Below the pieces are notes generated by a model that worked only from the letters and a program-made list of their open reading frames with translations, was not told the DNA's origin and made no database searches. This document shows, piece after piece, positions 13,139 through 27,860 of a DNA stretch of 64,000 nucleotides. The stretch lies in assembly GCA_047967505.1 (NCBI GenBank), contig CM106538.1. One strand, written 5' to 3'. Every line of letters starts with the position of its first letter. Position 1 is the stretch's first letter. Position numbers and translations under genes: made by a program. The stretch is from Dipteris shenzhenensis (lineage: Eukaryota).

Positions 13139-13251
13139 CAATTTTATAGAGGCTTTTGCCTATTTTGTTGCCTTCCTTTGTGTCCTTCCAAAATGAAACA
13201 ATTTTATAGAGGCTTTTGCCTATTTTGTTGCCTTCCTTTGCGTCCTTCCAA
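13139..13251. repeat. 60-bp tandem duplication immediately upstream of PGPP1
   Basis: CAATTTTATAGAGGCTTTTGCCTATTTTGTTGCC... occurs twice with period 60. Confidence 0.9.
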
Positions 13252-16028
13252 CAACTTTTAGTCCGCTATTTTGTTTTTGTGTGTTCCTTCCGTGATGGAA
13301 TTTTAGTTGGCTTATCTTTCGTTGTGTTCCTTGTCAAAGGATGAAAATTTGGGTGTTTACGAGCACTCCTGTTGCACATGCATCCTTTACGGCCCCTTGT
13401 GTAGATACTAGGATGAAACTGTGGCCGCTCCCCACCTGCCTCCAGGTGCAACCTCTTCACCCTTTCCACCAATGGAAAGCTTCTACAAAGGATCTTTCCT
13501 TCCAGCAATCCAATGTTCGACTGGAATCCCACATTTTATAGACCCTTGGGTAGCATTTGACTACTAGGGAGCCCAACTGAGCCAGCACTCAATCTCCATG
13601 GGGCCTCTCCAATCGACTACTAGTGGCATTGGGTGAGTGCCACTAGCTAATGACATGGGGAGGCGCTCTAACTCAATCGTGCATATTCTAACCACACTCC
13701 CCACTTAATGTCACCTTCATTATTACTATGAACAATGGTGGGCATGTCGGGGGACCCCTAAGGATTTTGAGTAGATCCCTCAACTACTCTTCATTTCTAG
13801 TTAATCAAGAAAGCTTGAAAGGTTCCACACCTACTATTTCATCATTCTAAGAACCTTACACTTGCACCAAGGTTCTCATGCGTCAAACCTTGGAAGTTAA
13901 TCCTCCATAAACGCACATCCTCCACACATTCTATGTCTTTCCAAGACTCGCTTTTGTCTCATAGACCAATGCCTTATTGGTACATTCGATACGAGTCAAA
14001 GTAAAAGAAAAATCACAAAAACAAGAGAAACAAGCAACTACTAGACCATGTCTTCACTATTGCAAAACCTTTGCAAGCCCTCTAACACACCCCTACCACT
14101 TTAATGGCATCGAGTTGTGCACATTCATGTGCTCCAATGGAAGATATTGTTTTTCCTTTGTGAAGGGCATAGCTGTGAATTTGAGCCTCATTTTGAATGC
14201 TACTTTTTGTTCATTTTTCTCAGAATAGAGCAAAACGTTTGCATTGGCTATGTGGATCTACGTTTCTTTATTGATGAAGGTGGATCTATGATCGAACCCA
14301 CTAAAATTGGTCTTGGATCAACTACAAACTAGGAATTCAACCCAAATCCTATAGGACAAAAGGAACGAATAGAATCGTGGACATGAGATGCGACACATGG
14401 TTCATGAGACACCCGATCACCATGCAATGGGTCTACAATGTCAAGCTTCGGCAATGCTTTTATTCTTGAGTTAGTGATGGCCAAAGAATGGCACTTGTTG
14501 ACAATTGTAGCCCAACCAATACACAAATAAGGGCATTGCCCTCATGATATCCTTAGTTTTTCCATTGATAACATAGAAGTTGTCATTGCTACAACTTGTA
14601 ATATATGGTGACTTAGACTATGACATCATGAACATTGGCTTTCTCATCATGAGATCTTACCATGATCATGTCTTTTAATTTCCCAATGCTCCCTCGCTAT
14701 TGAGAACATGTATCAAAGGATAGGGTTGATTAGCTTCTTATAACATTAATCTGCTTCCTTAAATTAAAGCACCTATTTGTTCCAAATCCCATAGTGGCAA
14801 ATGCAAATATGGGCGAAGAGGCAGAACACTTCCTTCTCCGTGTAATTATAAGCCAATGGAATGGGCCCTTTCTTGGGAGTCATGATTGAGAATGTCATGG
14901 ATAATAAGTTTGTGGAGAGTGTCTTGGTCAGCAAGATTATCATACAAGGAGACAACAATTTACCTTGGTGTTGACATTGCCAAAGAATGTTGTTTTAAAC
15001 CATCTCCTCTTTGGCCTTAGCTTGATCGTTGAGACCATAAATATCAACACCATTCAGACACTAGCAACCATGCTAGTGCACAATCATGTCATTTGAAATT
15101 TATGGCTTCCTCCGATCAAAGTCGATAAGCACTTAAAATGGTGTCACGCAAATTGGAGACACTTAAGATGAATATCAAGTAATTCATGAAATTTTTAAAT
15201 AATGACAATGCTGGCCTTATCAAACAAAATCATAATGGAGAAGAAAGAAATTGTACAAACAAATTACCTCTTGGAATACTTAATGGTTCCTTTGTGTTAT
15301 AGGACACACCCAAAATTTGATGTGACACCACGAAGACACCACCAGGATACATAGAGCCATACATGAATCAGGAGCAAAGATAAATTGTCTAAGGGTTGAA
15401 AATTTCCGAGTTAGAATGGACTGTTCAAGCAACATTGATGAAATTAGTCAAAGTACAAGCAAAAAGAATGAGTAATAGTCATGATCCACATTAAAAAGAT
15501 AATGCCATCTTGAATGAAACAATTTCTTGAAGTTCTGATCCAAATGGATGATCACATACCTATACTACTAAGCTTTGACACCAACATGAAGATAGATTCA
15601 GGAACCACTAGTTGCCTCTCCACAAAGCACATCAAGATAGATTTAGGAACCACTAGGTGCTTCTTCCATAGATTGAAAATGAAGGTTTAGTCTTGAAGGC
15701 TGCTATCTTATTAATCTTTGACACCCCCATTCTTAGTACCAACATGCAACTACTCATGAGATACGATGCATGTAACCAAGCTGAACCCAACCCCAACCTC
15801 ACCCCTTTGGCATGAATCTAGTAGAATAAGGGATAAAGGGGGAGGGGTGGAGTTTCAATTAAAGAATAATGGAGGGTCGATGGCATTAAAGAGGGAGCTA
15901 CCTGAGATGGGAGAGGGGGGCAGGGACCACTTATGAAGGTGGCATTAAAGAAAAAGGGAAGTGCCAAAGGGGGACGGGGAGGAGGAACCATTTATAATAT
16001 TATAGTTATCTTTAGAGCTATTATTATA

Positions 16029-16090
16029 CTCTATAGCTTAGTGGTAGAGCGTCTGTATAATCCAAGATTATGGGTTAGACTCCCTTCTTG
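16029..16090 (+). pseudogene. tRNA-derived remnant (SINE head or tRNA pseudogene)
   Basis: A box TAGCTTAGTGG (16034-16044) followed by TAGAGCG, and B-box-like GGTTAGACTCC (16073-16083). No intact cloverleaf. Confidence 0.5.
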
Positions 16091-16549
16091 AAAAGATTAA
16101 AAGATTAACCTATGCATAAAATAAATTAACCCATGGATAAACATAGGTTAATTAGCCTCATGGGCCAAAACATATACAAGACAAATAGGAATAAAGTTGA
16201 GCTGAGCGAGTATGTCCCCATAACATTGACAAATGTTAAAAATATGCACCATTAAAAGTGCACAACTGAGGATAACTTCATCAACTATTTTCCTTGCACT
16301 TTGAGTAAGACAACTTAAAGGCACTTTAATCGATTTCCAATCAAGTATCTGTGAGATTGGGAAACAAATGAAGGAGGCTTTCCTCATGCATTTATGGCAA
16401 GAGATAAATGAGTAGGATGTCAGGACCAAGCTGTAGAGCATAAAGTAAAGGAAAAATGAGTCCATCCAAGACTTCATATTGTAAATAAGAAACTTGGTGA
16501 ATTAGCTCAATAGTCTTTCCAATGAAAAAAACAATATGTAGCTAGCTAT

Positions 16550-18700
16550 TAAGCACACATTCATGGAAATTCTAAACCCAACAAAGACTTATGATGAGCT
16601 ACTCAACGAAGAAATCATCGTAGACAAACGTAGAATGTTATGCTTGCGAAAGAAGGATCTATAGGTGCTAGGCATCTGTGGTGGTAAGCAAACTTGGAAC
16701 CAATGAAAAGTGGTGTACTAAATGTTGTTGAGGTGGACACAAAATTGGAGTCGCACCAAGTATTACAAAATTTATGTCAAAATTTTGCACTATAGTTCTA
16801 AGTGTTGGTATTGAAATAAAAGAACCATGCCAATCATATGTTACAAGAGCAAGGCCAAGGCAAAGTTCAAAACCTAGCCCCAAGACCATGCTAATTGAGA
16901 TCAAGAACCCCAATGAGACTTTTCCAAGACCGTGGAAAGGATAAATTGAAGTTCTTCCTTTGCAAGGAGGAAGGGCACATGAAGAGCAAGTGTAAGCTAT
17001 GGCATGAGTATGTCAAGTTTTTTTGCAAAACAATTGTGAAAGGCACAAGCTTTATTTTGATGCAGAGTGTCATGTCGTGTTGATTGAGATTGTAGATGAT
17101 ACCTGAACACAAGTCAATGTAGTTACTTGCTTGCAAGGGACAATTTGCAAGCAATAGAGGGTACAACCCCAAGTAAAGGATGTCAATTGGAAAGGAAAGT
17201 CAAGATAGTGGTACAAATTGCTAGGAACTTGAAGGGCATAGCTCTAGCCGTTGAGATGTTTCATGAGATACCTAAAAGTAGTGCTAGGAACTGCAAAAAC
17301 ACCCAATCGAGGATATAGCCTAATTTTGTTACCTAGCAAGCCATTGACCAAACTCGACCCCATCGTGAAGTACTTGTACTAGTTTGCAATAGTTGTCAAA
17401 TGATGAGCCAAACCAAGATGACCGCACCAAGAACAAAGCCCAGCTTAGAATGCCTATACTAGTACCAAGCAAGCAACTAAGACGAGATCTCCAGCTTGAT
17501 GCCATCATTAAGAGGGCTATAATCATTGTAGGCCACGATGACCATGCCAAGAGCAACCCAATAATGCAAGACACGATTCTAGATTCGAGCAAGCTAGATA
17601 GATACGAGTCCCTAACTCAGGCCCATAAAGAATGCCATATAAGTCAGACACGCTAAGCTCAAATGACATTACAAAACCAAGTGTGGCTCAACAATCCCAA
17701 CTCAAGGCTAAGGCAAGGCAAAGAAAAACTTCCACCTCAAGTGAGTAAAAATGACTAGAAGGACTAAGCCCAGATGATGAATCAATCAAGTTGAACCAAG
17801 CAAAGACAAAGCCACCCATGCATAAGAAAGGTTTTGAGCATTGGTGCTTAATATTGGCATTGAGAACCTATTCCAATTGGCCCCTTTTTGCATAGATTTC
17901 TTCATATATTAGTCTACAAGAACAGCCACACCAACTATAAGTACAGTTGACAGTTTAGCCACCATTCCAATTATTGAGACACCGATGATGGACGAGGCAA
18001 AGCTTATCATCATAGTGAAGATCAAAAAGCACAATATACAAGGGGTGGCTATAGATGGTGGGTTTGTAGAATAACATATCCACATATCTCATGAAGAAGC
18101 TAACGATGAAGAACTTCAACCCAGTTTACAAGGGGTGACTATAGATGGTGAGTTTGGAGAATAACATGTCCACATACCTCATGAAGAAGCTAATAATGAA
18201 GAACCTCAAGCCATCCCCTTTCTGAGTACAAATAGCACATTAGCCAATAGTCGATTCCTAGGGCATGTGTGAGAGCAAGCCAATGGATCCTGAAGGCATG
18301 CTCTCACACAAAAAAAAACACAATAGAACGGATGCAATACATAACCAATCTGCTGGTGGTCGAGATTGCCATGGAGGACAATATGTATCACATGTTGCTC
18401 ATAAGGCCATGTCTCAAGAGTGCCAAGGCACTCCATGACTAGGGGATGGAAATGATGACAAGTAAAAACCACTTGACCCTGTCAAGTTTGCAGTGGCTAT
18501 CGACCCTAGAGGCTGGTCAATGAGTAGTCTCAAGATGGAAAATCGTTGAATGTGCATGAAAATCATCCTAGCAGTGATCATTTTGATTCTCAATGTCATT
18601 TGATCAAGGCCACACATTGAGTGGATGATCGAGTTAAGGACCCTCTCCTCAAAACAAAGCTTGGAAATTTGAGAAGGTGAAAAGATCACATAGCCATAAG
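16550..18700 (+). mobile_element. Highly decayed LTR-retrotransposon gag/protease remnant
   Basis: Knuckle-like FLCKEEGHMKSKC at ~16960 and protease-like VAIDGG at ~18050, the latter within a ~90-bp tandem duplication. Confidence 0.45.
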
Positions 18701-21700
18701 TGTCGAGTGGTAGCTATTGCTCTTTGATAGTCAACTTAGTCCCAGGTGGTGCAATTAAAGACTCGACTTGAAAGAGCCACTCAAATTATATTGGATTGAA
18801 CAAGAGCACTGAGAACATGCCAAGGACATTTGTGCCTAAAATGATTCTAGCCAATTTTGGGTGCAATAACAATTGGGTAATGTCCTCCTTATCAACCATT
18901 TTGATATAGCTCCATGGGTGTGTAATGGGCCAAACCCACTATAAGCTTAGCACCCATCTTTGCATCCAACTAAAACTTGTGGAACAACAAGTGTGTCAAC
19001 CACTTGCCCTCGTTCCATCTTACTAGACCCATTCCTCAATTCAAAAGTTGCAGAGTCATAAGAGGATGCCAATACTAGTCTTAGTAGTACTAATGTCAGC
19101 ATTCCTAAGAGGATGTTGGTACTAGTGTTAGTAGTCAATCCAACACAAGACTACAAGCATTAGACCAAGTAGTCAATCCAAACATGAGACTACAAGCATA
19201 AGACCAAGGAGCAAGCTAACCAAAAGAGAAGCAAGTGGAGCAAGTTGCATAGTCATCGATTCCAATGCCAATCCCATAAGTAGGACACTTGGAAACCTCA
19301 TCAAGCAACACCATCACTTATGTGAAGATCCCTACATGCCACACAAGCAAGCTGGTGGATCATTACCACCTTCATCATGTAAGACTACCTTAGCAAATGG
19401 AGTAGCAAGCAAAGGTAGCTCCCCCAACCATTACAAGTCTCCCCTAACGATGTCCCTAATTTATTTTATTTTGTAGAAAAGGGCTTGTCATGGGATCAAA
19501 TGTAGGAAATATGGGAAGACCTCACTAGTGAAGCCAAGCAAGTAGCAAAAGCATTGCCCACATCTCTCAATATCGGGTGCCCCCATAGGCTACCCACTTC
19601 AATGAGATTGGAGCCAAGTAACATCAGGCAAAGCTTAAGCATTGGGTAAACAAGTTGGCGATATGACTTCATAACTTATAGAACTTGCTTGATGCATACA
19701 AGGCTCAACAATAAAAGTTTTGAGCCAACATGTTACATGCAAGGCTCAAAGGTGAACACTCCAAAAGCCGAGGCCATCCACTACTACAACAAGTGCAAGG
19801 TGCAAAATAAAAAGATATGCCACCTCAAGTCCGAGTCAATAACAAGATTGACAAACATAGACCTAACAACAATGATCAAGGAGTAGGATGCCTAGCTCAC
19901 ACAGTCGCAAACTAAGGGGGAGCTAAATACAGGTTGAATAGAACAAGTGGCTTGCAAAATGGAAACCTCTGTGACTCCTGGTTTTGCTAAGAACCCAAGG
20001 ACTTTGACAAAGCTATAGTTTGACAAGGACTGCCCTCTAGCACCAATAAGGTGATCACCCCATCTATCAAGCCACCACCTAGTGGTTGTAACTAGCATCC
20101 ATGGGCACCATAAACGAAGCCTCATTAGCCTTAGTAGCATTGGCAACATACAACTCCCGATAGTTCCTTGTTCCCTCCTTAGATAACAAGAGAGCAAGTA
20201 AGAGAGGAAGTTCCTATAGCTTCTAGATGGTAGCTTCTAGATCACCCATATCTAGTTACTCGGGCCTAACTCAGGTTGTCCAGTTAACTTGACACCAATA
20301 GCAAAGAATATTGAATTGGAAACAAAGTTGATGAGGGGCACACTATCCCATATTATAAAGAACTAGAAAGGATGTGTGCTTCCTCTTCCCATACGTCACA
20401 TGTGGATTTTTTTTGGGTTTTACAACTTTCTTATTTTATACTTTTGTATTTTTCCTCACTTTATTAATTATTAAATTTTATTAAATTGGGTTTTTTTATA
20501 AAGCAATACTTCCTATTTGTGAATTGGATATGTAGAGTTCCCTTTTTACAAACCTTCAAACTTAGATCCTCTAAATTGATGATTTTATCTAGCCAACCCT
20601 CTCTTTTTTTATGCATGTCCTTGATGGTGAGTGAGCATTATAGAATTGAAAGAAATGACCATGGTGAATGCAAAATCGACAAATGATAACACGAACATTC
20701 ATGTGATCATAGCGCATCTCATTATATCTTAAAGGTTGCATTAAGGATCAATTTCACTTTATCAAAAAGAGAGCAATTTCTTATTCATGTATTTGTTAGG
20801 CTTCAACTTTCAACAAAACATTAATCTTAGTCCATCATGAATAATACAAGCACTACCCTTGATGGTTACAAGGACGATCGAGTCTAATGGACTTGATGTT
20901 GTGCCTCGTTTATCAAAATTTCCTACTTCTTTTTCTATCTCCTTTCAAAAAATGCTAAAATTATATTAAATTCCAAATCAGCGATTATGTACAAAATAAA
21001 ACTATGTGACATCCAAGTAAATGTTTCTTCCCCATTTCAATTCATGCCAAGAAATGTATTTTTTATAAAATTGTGAAGTGCTCATCTGACATCCTAATGA
21101 GTCACATAGATTACTTTGTTAGTGCATGACATATTAATTATTATTGCAAAGCAAGTATAAAATAAAATCCAATTGCAAAATAGATACATAGTGGAATTGT
21201 GGAGCTCTATTGAAACTATAGTTTCAAGATGGCAACATTATGTTATAAGAAACTAGTAACGCATGACCAACCCTTCCTATACCATGTTTAAATTTTGGCT
21301 TAGGTGTCTCTGAGCTACTGTGTTGGTGATCCCCCCATAATGAACTTTTCTCCTTAATGATATCAATAACATTGTTCTAAATCCAATCTTTTATATCATT
21401 TTTCTATTATGGAGCACATAATGAGAAACTCGTGTGGTTGTACTACTTGATATTCTTGCATCTTTTTGTATTCATTTATTGATTAAATATGACATATACT
21501 TCAAAAACTCTTCAAATGGACATTACATGAAATGATGCACTATTGATAAAACAAATTTTGATGGTAACATTAGTATAGATGTATAAACCATCAATTAAAA
21601 CTTATATCTTCCATTCTCAAGCCCTACCAATGGATATGTACATGCTTATTAACCTATGTCATTGGTTATTGTCCTACAAGGATAAATGTTGCATAACTTA

Positions 21701-22899
21701 ACACTGTGACATAAGTTCATCTACATTTAACCGAGAGAGAGAAATGTTATATCATAAGCAATGACGAGGAGAGTATAAAAGGTTAGTTCATTCTTAGATT
21801 TTCCTACAATGTGGTAGGATGACATAATGCCTAAACATAAGGAAGTGAAGGCATTTGCACAAGCCTAGGCTTACGTAACCACACTAAATGAAAGAATAGG
21901 ATGCCTACTATGCTTAAAGGCCATGATGTACAAAAAATAATTGACCCATATACACAAGATTATGCTCATCCATAGTATCCTCAAGAATAATTATGCAACT
22001 CAAAGAGCAAAGTGCTTGAATATAAGTGAACTCAAAACATAAGTCAATGCTCATCCACACTCACCTAATGAATATCTTACATGAGAGCAAAGTGCTTGAA
22101 TATAAGTGAACCTAAACATAAGTTGATGCACACTATCTTGAAAGAATAGCTTCTTGGCGCCTTAACATAAATGGGGCACATACACTATCAGAGAACAAAA
22201 CTTACTAAAATACATTGTTTGTCATGGGAAATCTCCCATACCTATCTTAATCACCATAATACTCAACCAAATAAAGAAAAAGTCTTATTTATATTCACAC
22301 TATCTAGAATGTTTACACAATCTTGATGACCATAATGCTCAACAAAAGTAGTTCAAAGAAAGGAACGTTCTTCTTTATGTTAATAGTTACACTCTAGAAA
22401 GAGCAATAGCTTAATACATTCTCAAGTGGTAGAATGTGTAAACATAAGTCATATTTAGAAAGAAACTTGAGTAAATGTTTTACCTATTCCTTTCAAGATG
22501 AATGTCAATGTTTTTGGTAGGACAGATTTAACATTGTTATATCCACAACTTGCTTAAAAACTCATTGACGATTCACATGCCTGATCGGTAGATGGGAGGG
22601 AGGCTTGCCGTGATAGTATATGCAGGTTTACAAAAAGTATGTCAAGGAGAAATCTAAAATACGTTGGGATTGTATCTCCACTTTGTACTCACCTCATTTC
22701 TCCATAGGACCCTTTCTTGATGCCTTTGCTCAACGCCATTGAAAGGGAAATGCGAGCAACAGAACATTACGAGTTGGTTGCAGCCCGTATTCAATCCCAC
22801 TTGTGATGGCTTGATCTTGGGAACAGACCTTCCAAATTCTTTTTTAAGTTTGTCAATGAGAAAATGTTGGAGCATATTACTAAAATGATTGATAATCAG

Positions 22900-24673
22900 G
22901 GTCGCCAGGTCTCAGGGCCTTAGGATATTTTTCAAGTTGTTTGGCAATATCTTTCTAGCATAGTTGGTGCTGCTCCGCACACCCCTTTAGACTACAATCA
23001 ATGGGTTGACTCCTTTCTTGAATGTACTCAGACGGTAGTTTATCACCATGAAGCAATGATAATTCAGAGGTCATTCTCATAATATGAAGTGCATTACATG
23101 GTCAACTCGATGGCCGAGGAGAAGACATTAGGTCCATATTGAATCCTGGTGGATTTTTTCTAGCAATACTAGCCGCGCTGTGTGGCAAGGACTTACTACT
23201 GTGCTCAATGCATCTTTTAGGAGAGTGTATTTTTCCCCAACCATGAATTGAGGGGTTGTGAATTTGATCCGCAAATCGATCAATCAGTTGCGCCCAGGTG
23301 ATTGGCAACCTTTGATGATGCTGAATGCATCATATCAAGTTGTAGCAAAGGCCTAAGCTTTATGCTTGAAGTTCCTCCTCGCCACACTTCTCCATCCTCC
23401 CAATATGGTTTCTTATATGGCTGAAGTATACACTACCCTATCTTTAATATGATGTTGGGGATTGACCACGTTGTCTCCATGATACTCAACCTCGACTTGG
23501 AGAAAGCCTATGATCGGTTTTGATGGGGCTTTGTCTTGAAGGTCATGGTCAAGCTCGGATTCATACCAGAATTTTGCTCTATGATGCAAACATTGTTCAT
23601 CAATGCAACAACAACGATCTCTATCAACAAATATCGGTATGACAATTTCCCCCTTAAGTGATTAGTGAGACAAGATTGTCCATTGGCCCCCCTTCTATTC
23701 GCAATTATAACAGAGCTGCTTCTCAAACAAATTGATAATCACATCAACTTGGGTACTATTTATGGTCAGCATGTGCCCAATGACTTAGTGTTCACCTCTC
23801 AATTCTTTGCAGATGATAAGTCAAATATTTTGCAAGCTTCTCTAGCCAATCTTGACAATGTCCTAAAGCTGTATGATGGCTTTGCCAAGGTCTCATATTC
23901 AAATGTCAATTCAGGAAAAACTACGGTGTTTGGATTTCAAGTGATTGTGCTAGGGAAGGTTATGCGCTACCTTGGTTGTCCACTCAGACTAGGGATCACT
24001 ACAAAGTAACGGATCTAATGGTGCATAGAAAAAATCATTGGTAAGTTTCATAAATGGCAAGAGAAAACACTGTCACTTCTTGGGCGATTTAAGCTTCAGA
24101 TGGTGTGGAGTTTAACCCCATCTCCTTGCTTGAATTTCTTATCATGGCAACTACTCACACGCAAGTTGCCTACCAATTATCGTTTAGTTAAATGGCAGGA
24201 CATTTCACCCTTGTGTCCATTTTGTACGTCCCAATTGGAGTCTCATTGTCATCTCATTTGGGGTTGCATTGTACCTACCAACATATGGCGAATATTGTGG
24301 AAATGGTTAGCACGGGCATATATAGATTCCTATGAGGTGGAAAGTTGCTCTCTTTGGTGATAAAGTGGGGATGAATGATGTCTAGTATGGAACTTATGTC
24401 ATGCTATTTATGATAGAATGCATATGGAGTGCTAGAAATAGTGTGGTATTTCAAAAGCACCCAGTGAAGTCAGATTTCCACCGTTCGATTTGTATTGAGA
24501 TTTTAGAAGTCCTCTTCTTCTTTAGGAGGTGAAATGTGAACCTACTCATGGTTGTTGCTAAGGCGCTGAGTTGAGTGCTGTAACCACTGTCAATAGCTTC
24601 TCTAAAGTTGGTATTGTATTCTTTTTTCTTTTTGTGCTGATTTAACTCTCATTCTACAAAAAAGAAAAAAAAA
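22900..24673 (+). mobile_element. Decayed L1-clade LINE (RT and zf-RVT) with A-rich tail
   Basis: DLEKAYDR, RQDCPLAPLLF, FFADD, YLGCPL and CPFCTSQLESHCHLIWGC motifs. A-tract at 24657-24673. Confidence 0.85.
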
Positions 24674-27660
24674 GGGGTTGGGAAGTTCTACGGTGGCACA
24701 AAGGGTTCACCCACATGCAAATTAAGTGGCCTATATGCTTTGTATCCATATGCAAATTACATATAATACTATCTCTTTCTCCCTAGTGTCCACTCATAGA
24801 TTTTCCTTATACTCCCTTCCACACCCACAAATCAAGGCAAGCCAATCTCGATGAATAGAAATGGCTATATTCCATAATCATGCATACCCTTTGGCTAAAT
24901 GCACACGATTGTGCATGTGAAAGTGACAAAAGAAATTAACTACCTCTCCTTGTAATCACTTAACCAAATGGCCTAATACTTCAAACTTGCCTTGCATTCA
25001 CTTGTCTAAGGGAGGGAAATTGGGCAAAGTCACTCAATTTAGAGTTGTTTCATCCATTTGTCATCTCTCAGCCATTAGCAAAAGTGTTACTTTTGTAGTG
25101 ATATATCACTCTTGGGCTATAATGAATAGAGAAATTGTAAATGCTCCAAATAGATGAGGGAATAATTCCATTCTTAGAGCTCTCATGTTAATGGAACTTG
25201 GGCTCAAAAGAACAAAGTGAATGTGGACTAATAGAAACTTCCTATTGTACTGTGAGCTGGTGATGCAAGAACACGTGTGAAGCAAGACTAAAGTGGTGGA
25301 TGGCCAGTTAAGGTGGTAAGAAATTGTGCTCCATCTTGTTGGTTGCCAACATCGATGAAATCTCCAAGGTGACATGCAAGCTACATTGGTGGCAAAGTAT
25401 TATATGGCTGAAAACCCCAATTTATATTCAATGGATGAAGGTTTGCATGGGGCCAACCAAAAAAAGTCCTATCATGTGATTAAATAGTTTCCTTATAAAG
25501 TAATGTCTAGTTGCTATTTAAAGTAACAAATCAAACTACTTTCTAAAAGAAATACTTACTTACCATGGAATATTGAAAGAGTATTAATTATCACCAAATT
25601 CCAATCGTTGATAAAAATATGTCCAACATGTTTGCTATTTGCTAATAGATTCAAATATAGCTCACTAGTGAGTGATGTACAACATAAATTTTTAGGTCAG
25701 ATTGTTTCTATGCATGCTTCTAGGCAAATGGCAGTATGTGGTTCGATTTGATGGTGAAGACTTACATAATGCATATTGGCCTCATAATAAATAACATATT
25801 TAGCTTTTGCATGATCATCATTCAAATGGTTAAACCTATACTTATCTACCATATTGCGACAAACAACATGCTCATAAGCTCTGCTTGCACAAGTTTGTCC
25901 ATTGAGTGTTGTTTGGCAAATCTACACATAATGTTTCTCTTATCAAAAAGATCTACATTAGATAAAAAAACATTAAAAGCAAAAAAATTTGATTAATATT
26001 TTTAAGAATTTCTTATGGAACCTCTTAATATAACTTTAAAGATAGCTTCAAAGAATAAAGAACCTCTTGTATAGGGTCTACAAATTGTTGATAAAGTTAT
26101 TTGCTTCAAGGCGAACCTTAATAATTTAAAAGGATGATTGGGCCCCTGTTGTCTAGTGGAGTATTCTTAAGCATACCTTTATTATTTAGATGGACAATTG
26201 GGCCCTTCTTGTACCGAGGACTATATCTTTGTATATTGAAGATGGACTTGATCTAATGAAAGACACAATAATGAATATTCCATAGCAAAAAAGTTTATTT
26301 CCCTTGAGTAAGCCACTATTAAACTTATAAGCTAGGCTCAATGCTAAAAGAAGTAAATACTTACCATGGAATATTTTAACAATATTGACTATTACAAAAT
26401 TCCAATCATGTATTATATAGACTCAAACATAGGTTAGCATTATTGCACAACAGAAATTTTAAGGACAGATTGTGCTCCTAGTCATGCTTCTAGGCATGCA
26501 CAACAAGATGAGAGTAATTGTAGTCTTGTTATTATGCAAGCACAATTGAAATTATATTATGAATAAGTACTTTATCAATATGCATTATTCACTAAACCTC
26601 ATATATAGGGAACACATATTCTCTTATGATAAATGACTTATGAAATGGTATCATGAGAATAAGATCCACTCCCAATCCCCATTGTTTTAAGACAAAGGTT
26701 GATGAAAGGACAATTGGTTAATCAATGCCGTTCCTTTGAGCACATAATCCAATAGATCTTTATCCGTCATATTGAAGCACTCATTGCTTGCATTATAGTT
26801 CATAAGATTTACCCCCTTATTTACGCTTTTCAGATTTTCACCATCTCCCCTAGCCATCCCATTAATTGACAAAATTTTGTTTTTTGGGACGATTGGGAAT
26901 ATTTTCACCTTTTATGGTATAAAGTTTGTGAGCAGTTTTTCCTAATAATGCCATTACTTCCAACAAATGCCTGTGTGAGTGATTTTCAAAGGTTAGCTAA
27001 AAGACAAACAAAAATGCTACTATGGATCATGATAAAGCATGAAATGGCCATTCAAGGTGTGCGTTGTAGAAGGGAATTTTTAGGCAAAAGGATATTTCTA
27101 TGAAAGAGGAACACAAGATTGAGTAAGGGATTCGAGGATGATAAAAAGGATAATATCTACCACTAAAGTATGAAGAGGGTTTGTAGGTCACATACTAATA
27201 GGGGAAAAAAGTACGTTTGTCTTTTCAAAGAATTCTATAAAGGAGGTCAAGTTCATGTGGGGCAACACCTACTCAAGTGTGTTGGTCCACCTCTAGGCAT
27301 TGTGGGGTTTTAGGGTGACACAAGTGGTTTGAATCCGAGACGACCTAAATGCTTTGTATCTATATGCAAATCTATACAAATGTACTTTTTTCTCTCGCTT
27401 GTCCAATCCAAACTTTCCCTCCCATGTGAGCCCCACAAGTTAAGGCAGTAACCTAAACAAATGGAAAAGGGAACACTCCCTCATGAGTATCCTTTGGCCA
27501 AATGCACATAATTTATGTGTGAAAGTGACTCAAGGAAATTTACTTCTTCCATCATGCTCACTTAAAACTTGCCACACACTCACATGTCTGAGACAAGGCA
27601 CCTTGACACAAGGTCACTCAATTGTTTCATGCATTTGTTATCTTTCGGCCATTCTTGATG

Positions 27661-27860
27661 ACAATGTTGCTTTTGTTGTGACACGCTTCACTAGAAAACT
27701 CATTGGCTATAGTGAATGAAGAAGTTACAATGTTGCTTTTGTTGTGACATGCTTCACTAGAAAACTCTTTGGCCATAGTGAATGAAGAAGTTACAATGTT
27801 GCTTCTATTATGACACGCTTCAATAGAAAACTCTTGGCTATAGTGAATGAAGAAGTTATA
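27661..27860. repeat. 66-bp tandem repeat x3
   Basis: Unit ACAATGTTGCTTTTGTTGTGACA...AGTGAATGAAGAAGTT. A diverged 4th copy lies near 27955-28020. Confidence 0.85.

Noticed and set aside
26500-26950. Possible Ulp1-like protease relic
   Set aside because: Only vague motif similarity across many stops. Not supportable without a profile search.
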